A stretch of DNA of 64,000 nt, taken from the NCBI GenBank assembly GCA_001949185.1, contig BDGG01000013.1, forward strand, positions 1,504,617 to 1,568,616. The letters are read 5' to 3'. How positions within the stretch are numbered: position 1 is the first letter of the stretch; each line of letters opens with the position of its first letter. The notes below the pieces were generated by a model. It had not been told where the DNA came from, did not search any database, and was given only the letters and a program-made list of their open reading frames with translations. Shown here in pieces: positions 38,961 through 51,787 of the stretch. The DNA is from Ramazzottius varieornatus. Taxonomy: Eukaryota; Animalia; Tardigrada. Position numbers and translations under genes: made by a program.

Positions 38961-40170
38961 CGACATTCTCGTTTCCTTCGGCCGCCCACACACCTGGAAC
39001 CAAGTTCCACAAAATCGGTGCCAAAAGAGATGAGACGTAGAACTCACATCCGGTACAGGATCGGGATCTCGTTCTGGGAATGTAAAGGAAGAGATCGCAT
39101 GGCGGACCGAAAAATTTACTCTCAGAACTTCAGTCTCATTTCATGCCGACAAAATAGCCAATCGCACGACAAAAGCTGAAGAAACTAAGGTTTATGGCAG
39201 GCCGTGTACCAAGAAACAGGGGCGACCCAAAGTGTACGGTCCTTACCCTGGGTTTAGCCTGAATACGCTAAAGCCAACCAAGGGTCACGGGCTTTTTTTA
39301 TCTCGCTCGCTACGTGCTGCATATGGTTTTAGCGGTTCTGATCATCCATCATGTACAGCGCAAAAGCCCCGATAGATACCTGCACGCAAAACAAGAGGAC
39401 TTGACTCTAATTCTTCAGATTTAATTCTGCTTTACCAATTAATCAAAGTCAGATCTGAATTACACACATGCACGCATGTAATGACTGGCGTGGCTTGATT
39501 GTATAAATTCTGCAAAGCGTTAGACGGGTGATTTCCGCAGCGTATTTCAGCTCGAAAATTACGCAGCTGTTACGTACGACCTGCCGAGATCCGAATGCGA
39601 TAAGAAATTTGTCGTCGGAGCGCAGATCTTACCTTACCAACGCGGAAACCAGTCTTCGAACGACGTCTGGAGCGGTTTTTAAAGATGGAAAAAAGTCGGA
39701 CCGGTTGACTGCCGTTCCTGAGTTGGGCTGTACTTGACGTTGCGAAGCCGTTCTGCGTTCTTCATAATTCCAATTACTCCGCTGCAAAAATCACCCGTCC
39801 AACGCTGATCCTGCAGGAGGGATATGGAGACCGCTCCGCCTCGTGGTATATAAAATAAAACGTCAGACGGAAACCCGCCTGACACGCTTTGCAGCCAGGC
39901 TAAATTATGGGCGGTAATCGTTATACAATGTCGGAAACGCCAGCCTGCCGGTGATCATGCTACTCAGATCTTCCCAATTTCACGTTATTTCAGACTCCCA
40001 AAATCAGTGCATCCTCCCTCTTGCGACTTTTCAGCTTGCACGTATAGACGGCCGGATTATCGTAGGCTGTATGATCTAGAGCTTGCATGATTTATAACAA
40101 TATCTTTTAATGGGTGACCACCAATAGAAGAAAGGTTCTAGTCGCTAGACCATTCGGGCCACAATAACTA

Positions 40171-41078
40171 CTGTACTCTCGCGATACACATGGACATGTA
40201 CCCTTGTACGCTGGGAAACTACACCTGGCGGGGGCAAACTTTTTCGGTTTTATTCAATCAATAATCATTCGAAAAGCTGTACTCCAAAGAGGAATCTTCC
40301 GCTACTTCAGCATCACTGTCTTCTTCAACCGAACTAAAGCTAAACTACAGGAGCTGTTTGTCGTTTTCAACCAAATCTTTCTTGTTCGAAAGCATATACG
40401 TCGGTTCAGGAAGAATTTGAGCTCCTACGAACGCATTCTCAATCGTTTCCGGTCTGATTGCTTCCCAAGCTTTGCTAACAAAGTTAACAAAGTCTTGCCG
40501 AGTCGGCTTCCGCAGGTATCCTTTGGCTGTGACTTCCGTACGCCCTTTCCGCCACTCATGATACGCTTGTTTAAGGTTGGCGTTGAAGGGTGCGTTTATG
40601 CCAACGTCAAGCGGTTGGTAGGTACCTGTCATCCCTTTCGGTACGAAAACCTGATCGACATTTCTCTCGTCCATATTTAGAACATGAACGGTTAAAGACG
40701 CAAACAGCTTCAAGCTTTGTCCTACCTCCACAGAGAGATCGTTGAACGCGGTATCTTCACCGCTTTTGCATAAGCTCGCAACGACATTCCACTTTCCGCC
40801 TGAGCTCGCAGAGCTCTTTGAGCCTCCGATACTGTGTACACAGCTAGAGTCCTAAATCTTCCCATGGTGTAATATTACGTACAGTAGCACAGAGGCAAAA
40901 CTTCTCAAGAACCCAGCTTTTCGAAGTCGAAAATAGTCCCTAACAGGTGGTTGAACATGCGCAAGTCAAGATACCGTTTCAAGCAATTAAGTGCGTCATT
41001 CAAACGGTACTTTTTTACTTGCGGTTACTTGTCATTAGTACAGCCTTGAGTATGTCCATGTGTATCGCGAGAGTACAG
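40171..41078 (-). mobile_element. pogo/Tigger-type (Tc1-mariner superfamily) internally deleted element
   Basis: 27-bp perfect TIR CTGTACTCTCGCGATACACATGGACAT with TA on both sides. Carries the N-terminal HTH (MGRFRT...GMSLRAYAKAVKIPRSTISLWR*) and the DDE C-terminus (VPKGMTGTYQPLDVGINAPF...LRKPTRQ...AWEAI). Confidence 0.92.
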
Positions 41079-41187
41079 TATGATGTCAGTTTTGCGGTCG
41101 AAAGCAGGACTACCATCACAAAAGCTGAAAGCAGTGAAGGTGTCCGAACAGAAACTAAACTAAACAAGTCAAAACAGGTATTTCATA

Positions 41188-41943
41188 CTAGTGGTCTCGA
41201 TCTTCGGGTTCTCAGCCCCTTGTATTCAAATATCAACTTTTCCGTCGTCAGATTAAGGAACGGTTCCCCGTCCGAAATCTTAACTTTCTTGTATGAAACA
41301 GGAAGATATTCAGACAGTGATGTGAAACGAATGTTGTCCGAGGATCGTTCGAGGATTCTTACCATCCGGACTACGTTCCTGTTTAACGAATGATGAGACA
41401 GCGTCATGTTAAGCTTATGGGCGAAGGCACGCATGGAGCGATTGAAGTATGCTGATCCGGTAAAGTACAACAAGGCGCAACCGAACTCGCAGTACGGCAC
41501 AACAATAATATCCAGTCGACGAAACTGTAGAAAAAGTGTCGCTGTTTTGTTTAAAAATAAATATTCACTGATGAATTTCATTGAATGGCTTACTCGAGAA
41601 TCACCTTTCGGAAGCCGGCAAACGCCGAGATCCTTTTTCTGCGAGCTCTCCTCATTCATAGACAAATCATCCGTCAAAAACCCTAAAAAGCAGTATAAAC
41701 ATTCAGAAATCCGCTTGAATAAAATATTGTAATTCCACATCGAACGTACCGGAAGTGCGAAGTTTCTCGCGACGAGGTCCGAACACATTTCGATGAGATT
41801 TGCCATCGGGGTGTGATATGAGGATGTCGACATCCCCAGAGGTTGGCTTGCCCCTTCTGTACGAACCACAAGTGAAATCTCGAGACCATCTTGAAGAGCG
41901 CTTCCTTCCCCGTCTTCTCAATGTCCTCCACTTCTCGAGTGAC
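41188..41943 (-). pseudogene. POLL: DNA polymerase lambda (X family) C-terminal fragment, introns retained
   Basis: [73 protein letters not shown]. The terminal EPEDRDH* lies in a shifted frame. Three introns; two frameshifts; no BRCT or 8-kDa lyase domain upstream. Confidence 0.85.
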
Positions 41944-43434
41944 GATCATACCTACCAGCCAGCCACTTCCGTTCAGGCCAACTTGACCCACTTCCCATCT
42001 GCTGGCCATTGTTTTTCACCAAGGCCTTTCTCTCCGTTTCTTACCTTCAACATCGTGTCGATGAGTTGGGCTCAGTGCAGGTTGATCAGCTGGGATGACC
42101 ACCTCGTCAACTGACTCTTCCAGAGGAATTACTTCCAGATTAGGCGTGACACGCTGGCGTCGAACGCTCCCAGCATCTTGTAGTCTTTTCTCACCCGCTC
42201 TCTTCAGCCTCTTCCTCACAGTATCTAGTTTCGGATCATCAATAACGGCGAATCTTTTGGGTGTCATCTTCGCACAGATAATCTGAGAGAGAGAAATGAA
42301 GCAGTTTAAAACGAAGGTAATTCACCTAATCAAGGCTGCAAACAGGAGTATTAATCAAAGATAAGCGTGCGACTTAGCCAATCAACCCGCTAACAGCAAA
42401 GGACAATCAAACGAAGGCCAACTGACGGATACCTGACGTAAGCCGATACGTCGTGGTACATTGATACGCCATGGCGGTGGGGCGTGACTAAGAACCCTCA
42501 GGCTTAATGCTGATTGGGTGCTTTAGTGGTGAATCCTGTGCCACCAGGCAAAAAAATCCTCCGTGATGACGTCACATGATTCACGTGACTGATAGCAATC
42601 ACTAATCAAACCTTTTTCAAATGCTGAAACAAAAAATCCTGCAGGAATAGATGCTCAATCTCTGAGAAATGCTCAACCAACGTGAATCCTTTTCCACCTC
42701 GTGCTCAGCATTCCTCGGGGATTCTGAGCATTCATTTGGAGATTGCCGTCGATCTCATAACCCCCCTGCAGGGCAATGTGACTGGTCTTTGAACACTTTC
42801 GGGTTTTGGAACCTATTTTCTGATCTCTGTTCGAACGAGCCTCCGATCCATTATACCGACCATACATGAACCATACATGAACCCGTTATGTGATACTCAT
42901 GTCCGATAGACATATATGTCAAGTATATGAACCTTTACCGAACCTAAAATGCATTGAAAACGCTTTGTAGCGAACCCGGACTGCTCTCAAACATTATATG
43001 GTCCGTATAATGGATCGGAAGCTCTTCCGAAAAGGGGATGTGCATCCAAACCCCGTACACGTAAACCAGTCTTGCTCGCGGCGTACGTTTTATCGTTCCG
43101 ATCGCGAGATAAAGCCTCTTTTGTGCAGTCTCTATGTTTTGGCAACTGTCAGGGCCTGTGAGAAACCGTTGTGTTCGCATGTTTATAGGCCGTGGCATTC
43201 ACAAGACCATTATGCCTGTCCCCACCTCTTTTTGGTCAAACTGTTCTCGCAGAACGATAGAGAATAGTCTTTTCTAAAATCTGAGCCAGGTAGCTAGATC
43301 CCGCGACGATCTTGGATCAATCTACGGGACCGGAAGTGGCCGATCTAAGCTACTACTGTACAGTGACGTAAAGATCTTTTCTGTACATGTGGGAGTTTGA
43401 TTAAACAAGTTGGAAGTGATTCGACTTGCGTTCC

Positions 43435-43556
43435 GTACTGTATACTCTCCCGAAATTCACGTACGTCACCCCATTCAGAGTGTAAAACTAGAGAAAGAGT
43501 TCTCATACGGTGACCACAACAGTGACGTATGTGAATTTCGGGAGAGCATGCAGTAC
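43435..43556. mobile_element. Short MITE
   Basis: GTACTG.AT.CTCTCCCGAAATTCAC.TACGTCAC and its reverse complement. Related to the element at 56768-57153. Confidence 0.65.
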
Positions 43557-43975
43557 AGATATTGGTCACTGCGCACGTGCCGATCATATCGTTCGTATTC
43601 GACTGACCAGTCGTTATTTTGCGAGTTGGCGCCGCTTCTCTGTTTTCCGCGAACAAGATTCATAAAGGTGGAAAAAGCTCTAAAGTTCTGCGCAGTCACA
43701 TGACAGGTCGATAAAATAATCCTCGGGCCTTGCTGACAGAACCGCGATCACCCGCGGCCTAATTCATAGTCTTAATTGTCATGCGACTGCGCAGAGCTTC
43801 GAGGGAAAACGGTGTGTATATATGCGGCGTCTAGCACTGCTATTCTGACTCCATTATAACGCGGAAACAAATCTTGCCGGCAGAACTTGCTGCGCACAAC
43901 GATAGCGGTACAGGAAAGCACCTTACTCCAGCACGTCGAGGTCATTTCTTGCCGGCTGGTGGAACACAGGGCAAA

Positions 43976-46900
43976 ATGAGGTGAGTCATTATCTTACTCG
44001 GGCTTTACTCCAGTATAATAGGACATCCGATCCATTTTTACCGTAGTGCATACGGGGATTACTGGTACGGCGCAGCGCCATGTCGCCTGGGAGGAGAAGA
44101 GTGGATGTCCAAGCGACGCTGGTTTGCCTTCCTGATTACCAGCGTTGCGGCGCCCTTCGTTTTGAGCATTCCGGTCATAATCGTCAATTTGATTCTCCCC
44201 AGAAGACGAACATTCACGTCGGATAGCAGAGTCAGTTTAAACCAGCGAACGGTCATCCCGACTTTGCGAACCAGATCGTGGAAAGTTCAAATAAGCTACT
44301 GGGCTTCTGACATCATTTCGGACCTTACCCTCGTCGGCAAGTTTTTGGTATGCACAAGCTCTAAAACTTATTGCATATCTCATTGTCAGCTTTTTCATCA
44401 AATCGGAACTTGAGCTGTTTCTTTCTGCACTGTGCTGCGGTTTAATTCAGTAACGTCAGAAAATGTTCGGCTTTTCTCCTAGAAAGTGGTGGCTGTACTT
44501 TGCGCCGTAGGGTCTTTGATTATCTATTTCCGCGAGACATCACCGTAAGTTGCTTTACTTCTTTCTTGGGCTTTATACCTGTCTTTTGCCCACGTGACAT
44601 GTGTGTTCTAGGCAATGTTTAGACGTTGAGTTGTGCCATGAATGGACAACAGACCCGTGGTGGCAGGTCGATCTGGCCTTCAATTGCTACTTCCTGGTGT
44701 ATTTCTTCCTGCGCGTACGTATCCCCCATAAAAGCTTTAAACATCTGGGTTGATTCATTGGAACACTGAGTTTTGCCACCCGTTTGGTTTGCTTTGACAG
44801 TTCGCCGCGACGGACAAAAAGCTGCATTTCATATGGAGCGAAATGTCCTTGGTGGACTACTTCACGATCCCACCGACGTTTGTGGCCATTGGGCTGGATC
44901 GAAACTGGTTCGGGCTGCGTTTTCTACGTGTCCTAAATCTTTTATGGTCGGTTGACTTGTTGCGCTCTTTCGGAGTGGTGCCACAGTTGCTGGCCGTCAA
45001 GTTTGCGCGGTTGTTCATCTACATCGTGTCTGCCATCATCATCGGCGCCGGGACCTTCCTCTTGCTTGAATGCTCAGGAGATCCTTGGGACATGGATGGT
45101 ACTCTGCAGCAGAACGTCACCTTTTGGAACTACGCATACTTCTCCGTCGTTACCATTTCAACCGTGGGTACGCTACGGCCACGACATTCTTCCATAACCA
45201 CAGACACCAACTGCGAAGGCAATGTGTTTTGCAGGTTATGGAGACATAAGCATGAGAACGACGCTGGGAAAAATTTTCTGCTGTCTGTACATCTTCGCGT
45301 GCTTGGTAAGAAGCTCTACAGTATGAAACTATGAATTCGAGATACTGTACTGGCCGCTACTTACTACAATTCCAATGTACTCCTGTCCGTAGTTCTTCAT
45401 TGCATCGTTCATCGCGACGGCGTCCAGTCTCCTACCACCTCCCAGGCGACATCCTAAGTTTGATCGACACTCGTACTTCAAGTAAACCTGTATCCCAAAC
45501 ACTAGCGCAGTCTCTGGAGAGCTTAAAACCTCAGTTTTCCAGCCATATTGTCATCTGCGGAGATGTCTGTGCTTTGACCATTCGGACTTTCGTCATGGGA
45601 TTCCGTGAAGCGATGGAGGCCAGAGGCTTGTCAAACATCCCTATCATCCTCCTCCATCCGTAAGCTAATGCAATCCCGTACCGCAAACACGCAACGATTG
45701 CGTGTTGTGTATTGGGTGTTGTGTTCCATTGGTGTTTGCAGAACAGCGCCGGATGATGAGATGGTGATCCTGTTGAACCAATACCCCGAACTTCTCGAGT
45801 ACAAGACCGGGTCACCGCTGGACGAAGACGCTCTGGATCGAGCCTGCGTGGCAGTCGCAGGTGGATGTATCATTTTGGCCAAACACGATTACCTGAACGG
45901 CACCGCAGAAGACACCAAAAGCATCCTTCAGGTCATTTCCATCAAGAACTTTGCACCGCGTGCACCGGTGCAAGTCCAGGTTCTTGGTAGTGCTGCCCAT
46001 ATCTTTCTCAGCAACTATCCTGACATGAAAGAGGAACGCGGCGATCTGGTGCTCTGTCAGAAAGATCTGGAATATGCCTTCCTCGGCATCAACTGTGTGG
46101 TGCCCGCTTTCTCCACCCTTCTGAGTAACCTTCTCGTGCCACCACCCCGGCAGCTGATTCCTCAGCCTCATGTGCCCGATCTGTACCGTATTGGAAGCCA
46201 GATGCGTTTGTGCTCCATGCGCTTCAGTTCCAGCTTCCACGGTTTGACGTTCTCGCAAGCGGCTCGGTGAGACAGACATTTCCAGAGATGCCTACATTGA
46301 TTGATTTCTCGAAGATGTGTGAGGAGTGTGTTGTTATAGCCTATGTTACGAGAAGCTTAACCTGCTGCTCATTGCCGTGTACACCAAAGAAAAAGGGGAG
46401 GAATACGTCGAATTCCAGAATGTAATGCCCAACCCCGGCGATCACGAAATGATCTCAGAGGGTATGATGGCCCATGTTGTTGCGCCCTCCATCGATCGCG
46501 CACACGCGTAAGCAGCTCATCCGTCAAGTTCTCCTGTTGGCTATCGGAAAACAGCGTTTCTATCTGTGGCTAAGCGAACATTTTTCAAAGGGTCCGGGTT
46601 TATTGCCGGCAATGCCATGGAGATATTGACGCCAGCGCGGGTACATTCAATGCCTGTCAATGCTCCGACGGTAAAGGACTCTCCATGTATGGGAGGAAGG
46701 CAAATCCGAGCACCGCTTTGGCACTTCAGGAGAAACTGGATAACGGCGTGGGCGGAATCGTCAACCATGGATTTCGGGGTACGTTTATTGAGCAATCGTA
46801 CTACGAAAATGATTGCTCATCTAGTCCACGTATACGTGTGCAGTCGACAATTCAGATGATCAGTTGACGATCAAATTAACTAAATCGCCTGGACAGATCA

Positions 46901-49527
46901 GTTGGTTCGCCCATCCGTCAACTAAACTACCGGCCTGTAAATCACTTGATTTGCCGGGAGTCGACGAGTCTGCCGACCGGCAGTTTAGCTGATTCGTCTG
47001 TTCGGCTCGTTTTCGTTGTAGGGTCTGTGGTATTAGCTCCATGAACGTTCAGCATCGACAGCTAATAATCTAGTGGGCTGGTTTGCTAGAAAGGCAACAA
47101 AAACGGCCAAACGTGACGTATGAATATTCCAGCGGAATCAAGACGAAGCGATGCATTTATGTGGGTTCCCAGCAATGGGGGGTTCAGCAGCACCTCAGTG
47201 CATCTCGGCAGACGAGTTGATAAGCTCTATCTTTCTATTTCTGAAAAAAACTTGCCGTTAAATCAGCTGTGTAGTCGCTAACCAAGAATCTGACGGCCTA
47301 TTGTCCAGAAGCGGTGAGGAAGATGAGAGAACTGGACCAATTGAAGGTTTAATTAATTCTCGTCGCCCTGAAAAGCACAGTAAAATAATCCAGACTACTC
47401 AGCTGCTCATGCACGATGCTTTGTTCTGGCTTTTCGGTCCTCAGAATGAGCGGATATGCTTTGAAATGGTCAAGTTGGCCAGTATCTGAAAATGAACTAA
47501 ATTACCGGATTCAACTGTTTTGCCTATAGTTGGGCAGTTTAGTTGCTTTGGTCTTCAACTGTTCAAGTTCAACTGAACTGCCGACCACATAATTATTTCC
47601 ATGTGTGTGCCAGATGGGTTCAAGAGGGACAAAATGCTGGCAGCGATACTCGCGGAAACGACACACCAGAGCCCGGTTTTCAGTGACGAAAGGATCCAAC
47701 TGGATAGTACAGGAATGTTTTACGTCTGCCCACCTAAAGATATGGAGTCTTGTTTACTGGTAGGTAGTTTTTCAGCGTGCTCATGCGAGATTCTGAACAC
47801 TGTACACAGGTGCAGCCGGCGCACTTATTACCCTATTGCCTTATTGGAGGGATAACAAGTGTACCGACCTTTGGTAATAAGTGCGCCGACCTGTGGCAGT
47901 AATGTGACGACCTTTACGGAAAAGTGACCACTTTTCCGTACCATGCATGTGCCACTGGACCTACTGTAGTGTTTCTTGAACTTCACGACTTACGTCATAG
48001 CGAGCGTGTACTGTATGCGTCATCGTACCCGTAAACTCTACGCTTACTGTGACGTCAGTGCGCGAAGTTCAAGAAGCATAAAGTACTATTCCAATAGGTA
48101 ACGAAGTAATAAGTGCGCCGGCTATACACGTGTACCCTTCTTCGGCAGAGCGTAAAGGATGCCAAGCTAAGAAACATGAACAACCACGTGGTTATTCTGG
48201 TGGCGGAGAACGGATACGGAGACTTTGATACGGAGATGGCCAACGAGCTGGACAAAATCATATATCCACTGCGCAGCGTCAGCAACGTTGGCGGTCCGCA
48301 GAGCATTCCGCCTGTTCTCATTGTCGCCAACCGGAACCGCTTGGAACAGATCTGGCCGAAAGTGGCCATACTTCCCAAAGTCGTACTCATAGAGGCAAGT
48401 ACTGTTGCAATATCGCTTCTCTTATGGACGCGTGATTGCTAACTCTAGGCACTGATCTATGCGTATAGGGCAATGTCTGGCTGCGCGCAGTGATACGAGC
48501 GGCGCAGGTTCACCGGTGCCGTTCATGTGTGATCCTCAGGTACTGTCCGACTGGTCTACGTTATCGATAGCCAATCGAGTGCAACAACGCGATCCCAAAT
48601 TGGTTTTTGCAGCACGGGGACTTGTGATCAAGCTGCGGAGGATCTTGGCCAGCGCGTGGACCAGATTATCGTTATGATGGTCTTGCAACTCCGCACCATG
48701 CGCTTTCGCCCGCCGGTGTCACTGTCAAACGAAACTGCTCCCGATCCCGCTGGCAAGTGGTACACCAACGGGAACGATATCCCGATCGTTGCTCTTTTCG
48801 GTAAAAACCGTTGCAGTTCCTTAATATCAACCGTGTTGAAATCCAGAATTAAACAGAGTCACGCGGAAACGACTAACTCTCTGTCAACAGACCATGCGGA
48901 CAGCATGAAGTATCTCTCACGTGGCGCTACTCAGAAGGACGATTACCACTACTCGCGCCCCTACATGTCCGGCAATGTTGTCCTTTCGAGCCAACTGCAC
49001 TCCAAAATGCAGATCCCGGTGCGCTGGCTACGTTCTTTTTCACAACAATTAAGCTCGACAATCAAGCGTTCTTGCAGGCATGTTTTGACCCATCGGTGCT
49101 ACGCCTGCTGTCCTGCCTGACCTTCGGCGATGGTTCGCAAGAGGAGATCATGTCCGTCATGGCTGAGGGGGAAGGATTGCACCTTTCCTCTGTGGATCAA
49201 ACAGACAAAGTCCACCCCGAACCTACCAGCGAAACGAGCCGCAAATGGACCCAAGCTTTCAGGCTGATAGACGTACAAGAAGGACCTTTACAAGGATTTA
49301 GTGGCGCCACATACGGAAGCATGTTTCTGTCACTGCTCCAGGAATACCACTCCCTTGCACTGGGTCTCTACCGTCTTTTTGACTCCACGTGTACAAGTTC
49401 GGACGAACTGAACGGCAGAACTTCGACCACTTCGGGTCAGCGGTACGTGGCTTGTAACCCACCAGCCGCGACCTTGGTTCTCCCAACCGATCAAGTGTAC
49501 CTTCTGCTTCCCGCCAGTTTTTCGTGA
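43976..49527 (+). CDS. Slo/BK-family potassium channel alpha subunit, divergent
   Basis: S0 KRRWFAFLITSV; S2 WQVDLAFNCYFLVYFFLRF; S3 VDYFTIPPTFV; S4 WFGLRFLR; pore YFSVVTISTVGYGD; RCK1 HIVICG, GSPLDEDALDRA, VISIKNF, PAFSTLLSNL; LDSTGMFY; RCK2 MNNHVVI; C-terminus YGSMFLSLL...GLYRL...RYVACNPP...PTDQVY. Confidence 0.85.
47802..48135. mobile_element. MITE in an intron of the Slo-like gene
   Basis: GTACAC.....AGCCGGCGCACTTATTAC at the left end; GTAATAAGTGCGCCGGCT...GTGTAC at the right end. Confidence 0.7.
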
Positions 49528-51154
49528 TACGGTATCTTAGTTTTCAGAATACAGAGAGTAAGTTGCCTTCGCGGGTTGAAAGTCTGACTGTAGCTAAGAA
49601 GAGCTGCAACGTTACGCATGAGCGGAGCAGCTGATCAAAACTTTGGATAGTTGAACAGCCACTATGCTTCATGATCACAATGCCAGCTAACCGTAAATCC
49701 GATTAGGCTATTTTTCGAAAATAAGGGGAGCTCCGGTAAAAATATTGTAGTTAGACGTCACCAAAAGGTGCGGAGTAAGTCGTTACTACTGTGAACCGGG
49801 GTGGCAACTTAATCTCTGTATTTAAAGCTGCACAACTGTACGTCTCAGTATAGACCGCATCCTATTGTTCGCGCAGCGTGGAATGTTCGTCTGCATTTGT
49901 AAGAGAGCTTAGGAACGACTCGACTTAGGAACATCGCTTGTATTGATAATTTTCCGAGGATGAACGCACAGATAAATTTTTAAAACAACTTCCATGCTTT
50001 CCCACGTGTACTGCTCCCGAGTCGCAAGAGACGTGAGATAAATGAGCCGCTCCTGAACAGCAAAACTGCAGGTAGGCTACAACCACCTCAGATAGGCAGT
50101 ATCATGACTAGCAGATTAGTGGCACGCCGATTGCAAATGGCTGCTCGGTTTAGCGACACTCCAATGAAAACAACGAACTCCTACAGACTTCGTAGATTTG
50201 CTGGACTTGACCTTCCGAGACCGAAACCACGAACAGCAGAGCTTTGCCTTTCGGTATCGGTGCGCTCACTCCAAACAATAGACGGATGAATCAGATTCGA
50301 AGTCAACCGATAATTTCAAAATCATTAAAACTTTTCAAAATTTCGTTCCATGGCACCTATTATCGAACGGGCGTTACAGTGAACGAAATCATGCAACAAC
50401 GAAAGTTTTTCACAAGACAGCATATCCAGCATCAATGACTGTTTCCCTCCGCTCGCTCGACCAAGTATTAACCAGGAACTAATATTGTTACGTTCGACAT
50501 GACCCCGTAGTAAGCCAGGGTTGCTATAAATAACGTCCGCCATATACTTTCCATGTACAGAATGTTGAAATATATATTTTACATATTTTGAGCGTTGCGT
50601 CATGCTTGGTAATGTTTCTGTCTAGCCTAACTATCACAGACAAAAGCAATCGCACGTAGTAACACAGTGGGCCGGAACTTTTTCCGGTAGGCGTGACAGC
50701 ATGCCGTATTCTCAGTAATTCGCAGCAGTTTGTAATAGTGCACGTACATGTAGCAGTTACAGAAATACCATCACAATCCACATGGTGTTATGTTTATGGG
50801 TACTGAAACAGCCGATACGGTACCGTCAGCTCGGCATGGCATGCGTAAATGGCTTAATGGATATGACAACATTTTGCTGTCGACTCTGACGGCGGCTTTT
50901 GATATTGCCAAGATATGCAAAAAAACCGGAAGCTTTAGCCCGACGTGTACACACACATCAACATCTTTCAGTAAACGCGTACTCTGTCTTCTGCTACAGC
51001 ATGCTTTTCGCTATGACTTTTGAGCTTGGAAATTTTCCGCTGCAAAGACACTGTGTTTTATTGACATTTGGTATGCCGTTTAATCGAAAAACCTGACAGC
51101 GGACTGTTATATTCATTTGGTGCGGGATCAGGTTTATCACTCGTATTTCTAGTC

Positions 51155-51787
51155 ATGGCGGACGAGCGCGTTCTGAGCGAGGACCAGGAAGATATTTGTA
51201 AGTACAGCATGCAGGCAAGTTGTTTGCTTACCATTTTTTTCTCGATATGTGTTTCTGTTTTGCGTTTGGATGAACATGTATGAGTTGGTAATTGTTTTCA
51301 TTCTGTGGCATCCGCTTTTGTATATTGATAGTAAACTTCAAAAGAAAATACGAACAGGAGCATTGCGTAGCAGCACTTTCCACTGGATCGAGCCAGACAG
51401 TGAACTGCCAGACCCCGTCTTCTTCCTCCAATAATGGGCACGAGCGACGTACCGGTGGCGACGAGGTCGATGGACGGCTGAAGGGAAGCTCACTGCCGAA
51501 TACCATCTCACCGAAAACCTCCTCGGAAACATCCGAGCAAGAGTTATACAGCGAGGCACCGACAGCTGACGTTAAAGGTGCGTATCAAACCTGAGCAAAA
51601 CCACTGGTAGTCGAAGTCAGTAGTAGCGGAGCTATTTGTTTTTGCAGACACCTCCTTTTCGTGGTCGAGCCCATCAACCAAGGGTGTTTCTACAGTCGAT
51701 GATCTCACTGAACCTGGATCCGCGCCTGTTCCCTACAAAACCGACGGAATGTATACGATAGACTATTTCAACACGTATAACCTCTAG
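51155..51787 (+). CDS. Small Ser/Thr/Glu-rich, probably disordered orphan protein (3 exons)
   Basis: Phase-compatible GT-AG exons: MADERVLSEDQEDI / LNFKRKYEQEHC...APTADVK / DTSFSWSSP...DYFNTYNL*. Confidence 0.5.

Noticed and set aside
41183-41869. 228-aa ORF as an intact or viral-type minimal PolX
   Set aside because: The ORF reads through introns, and the GSYRRG/DVD exon is in another frame; it is a frameshifted POLL fragment.
42816-43034. About 45-bp inverted repeat (CCGATCCATTATAC.GACCATA)
   Set aside because: Likely an old MITE remnant; boundaries could not be defined.
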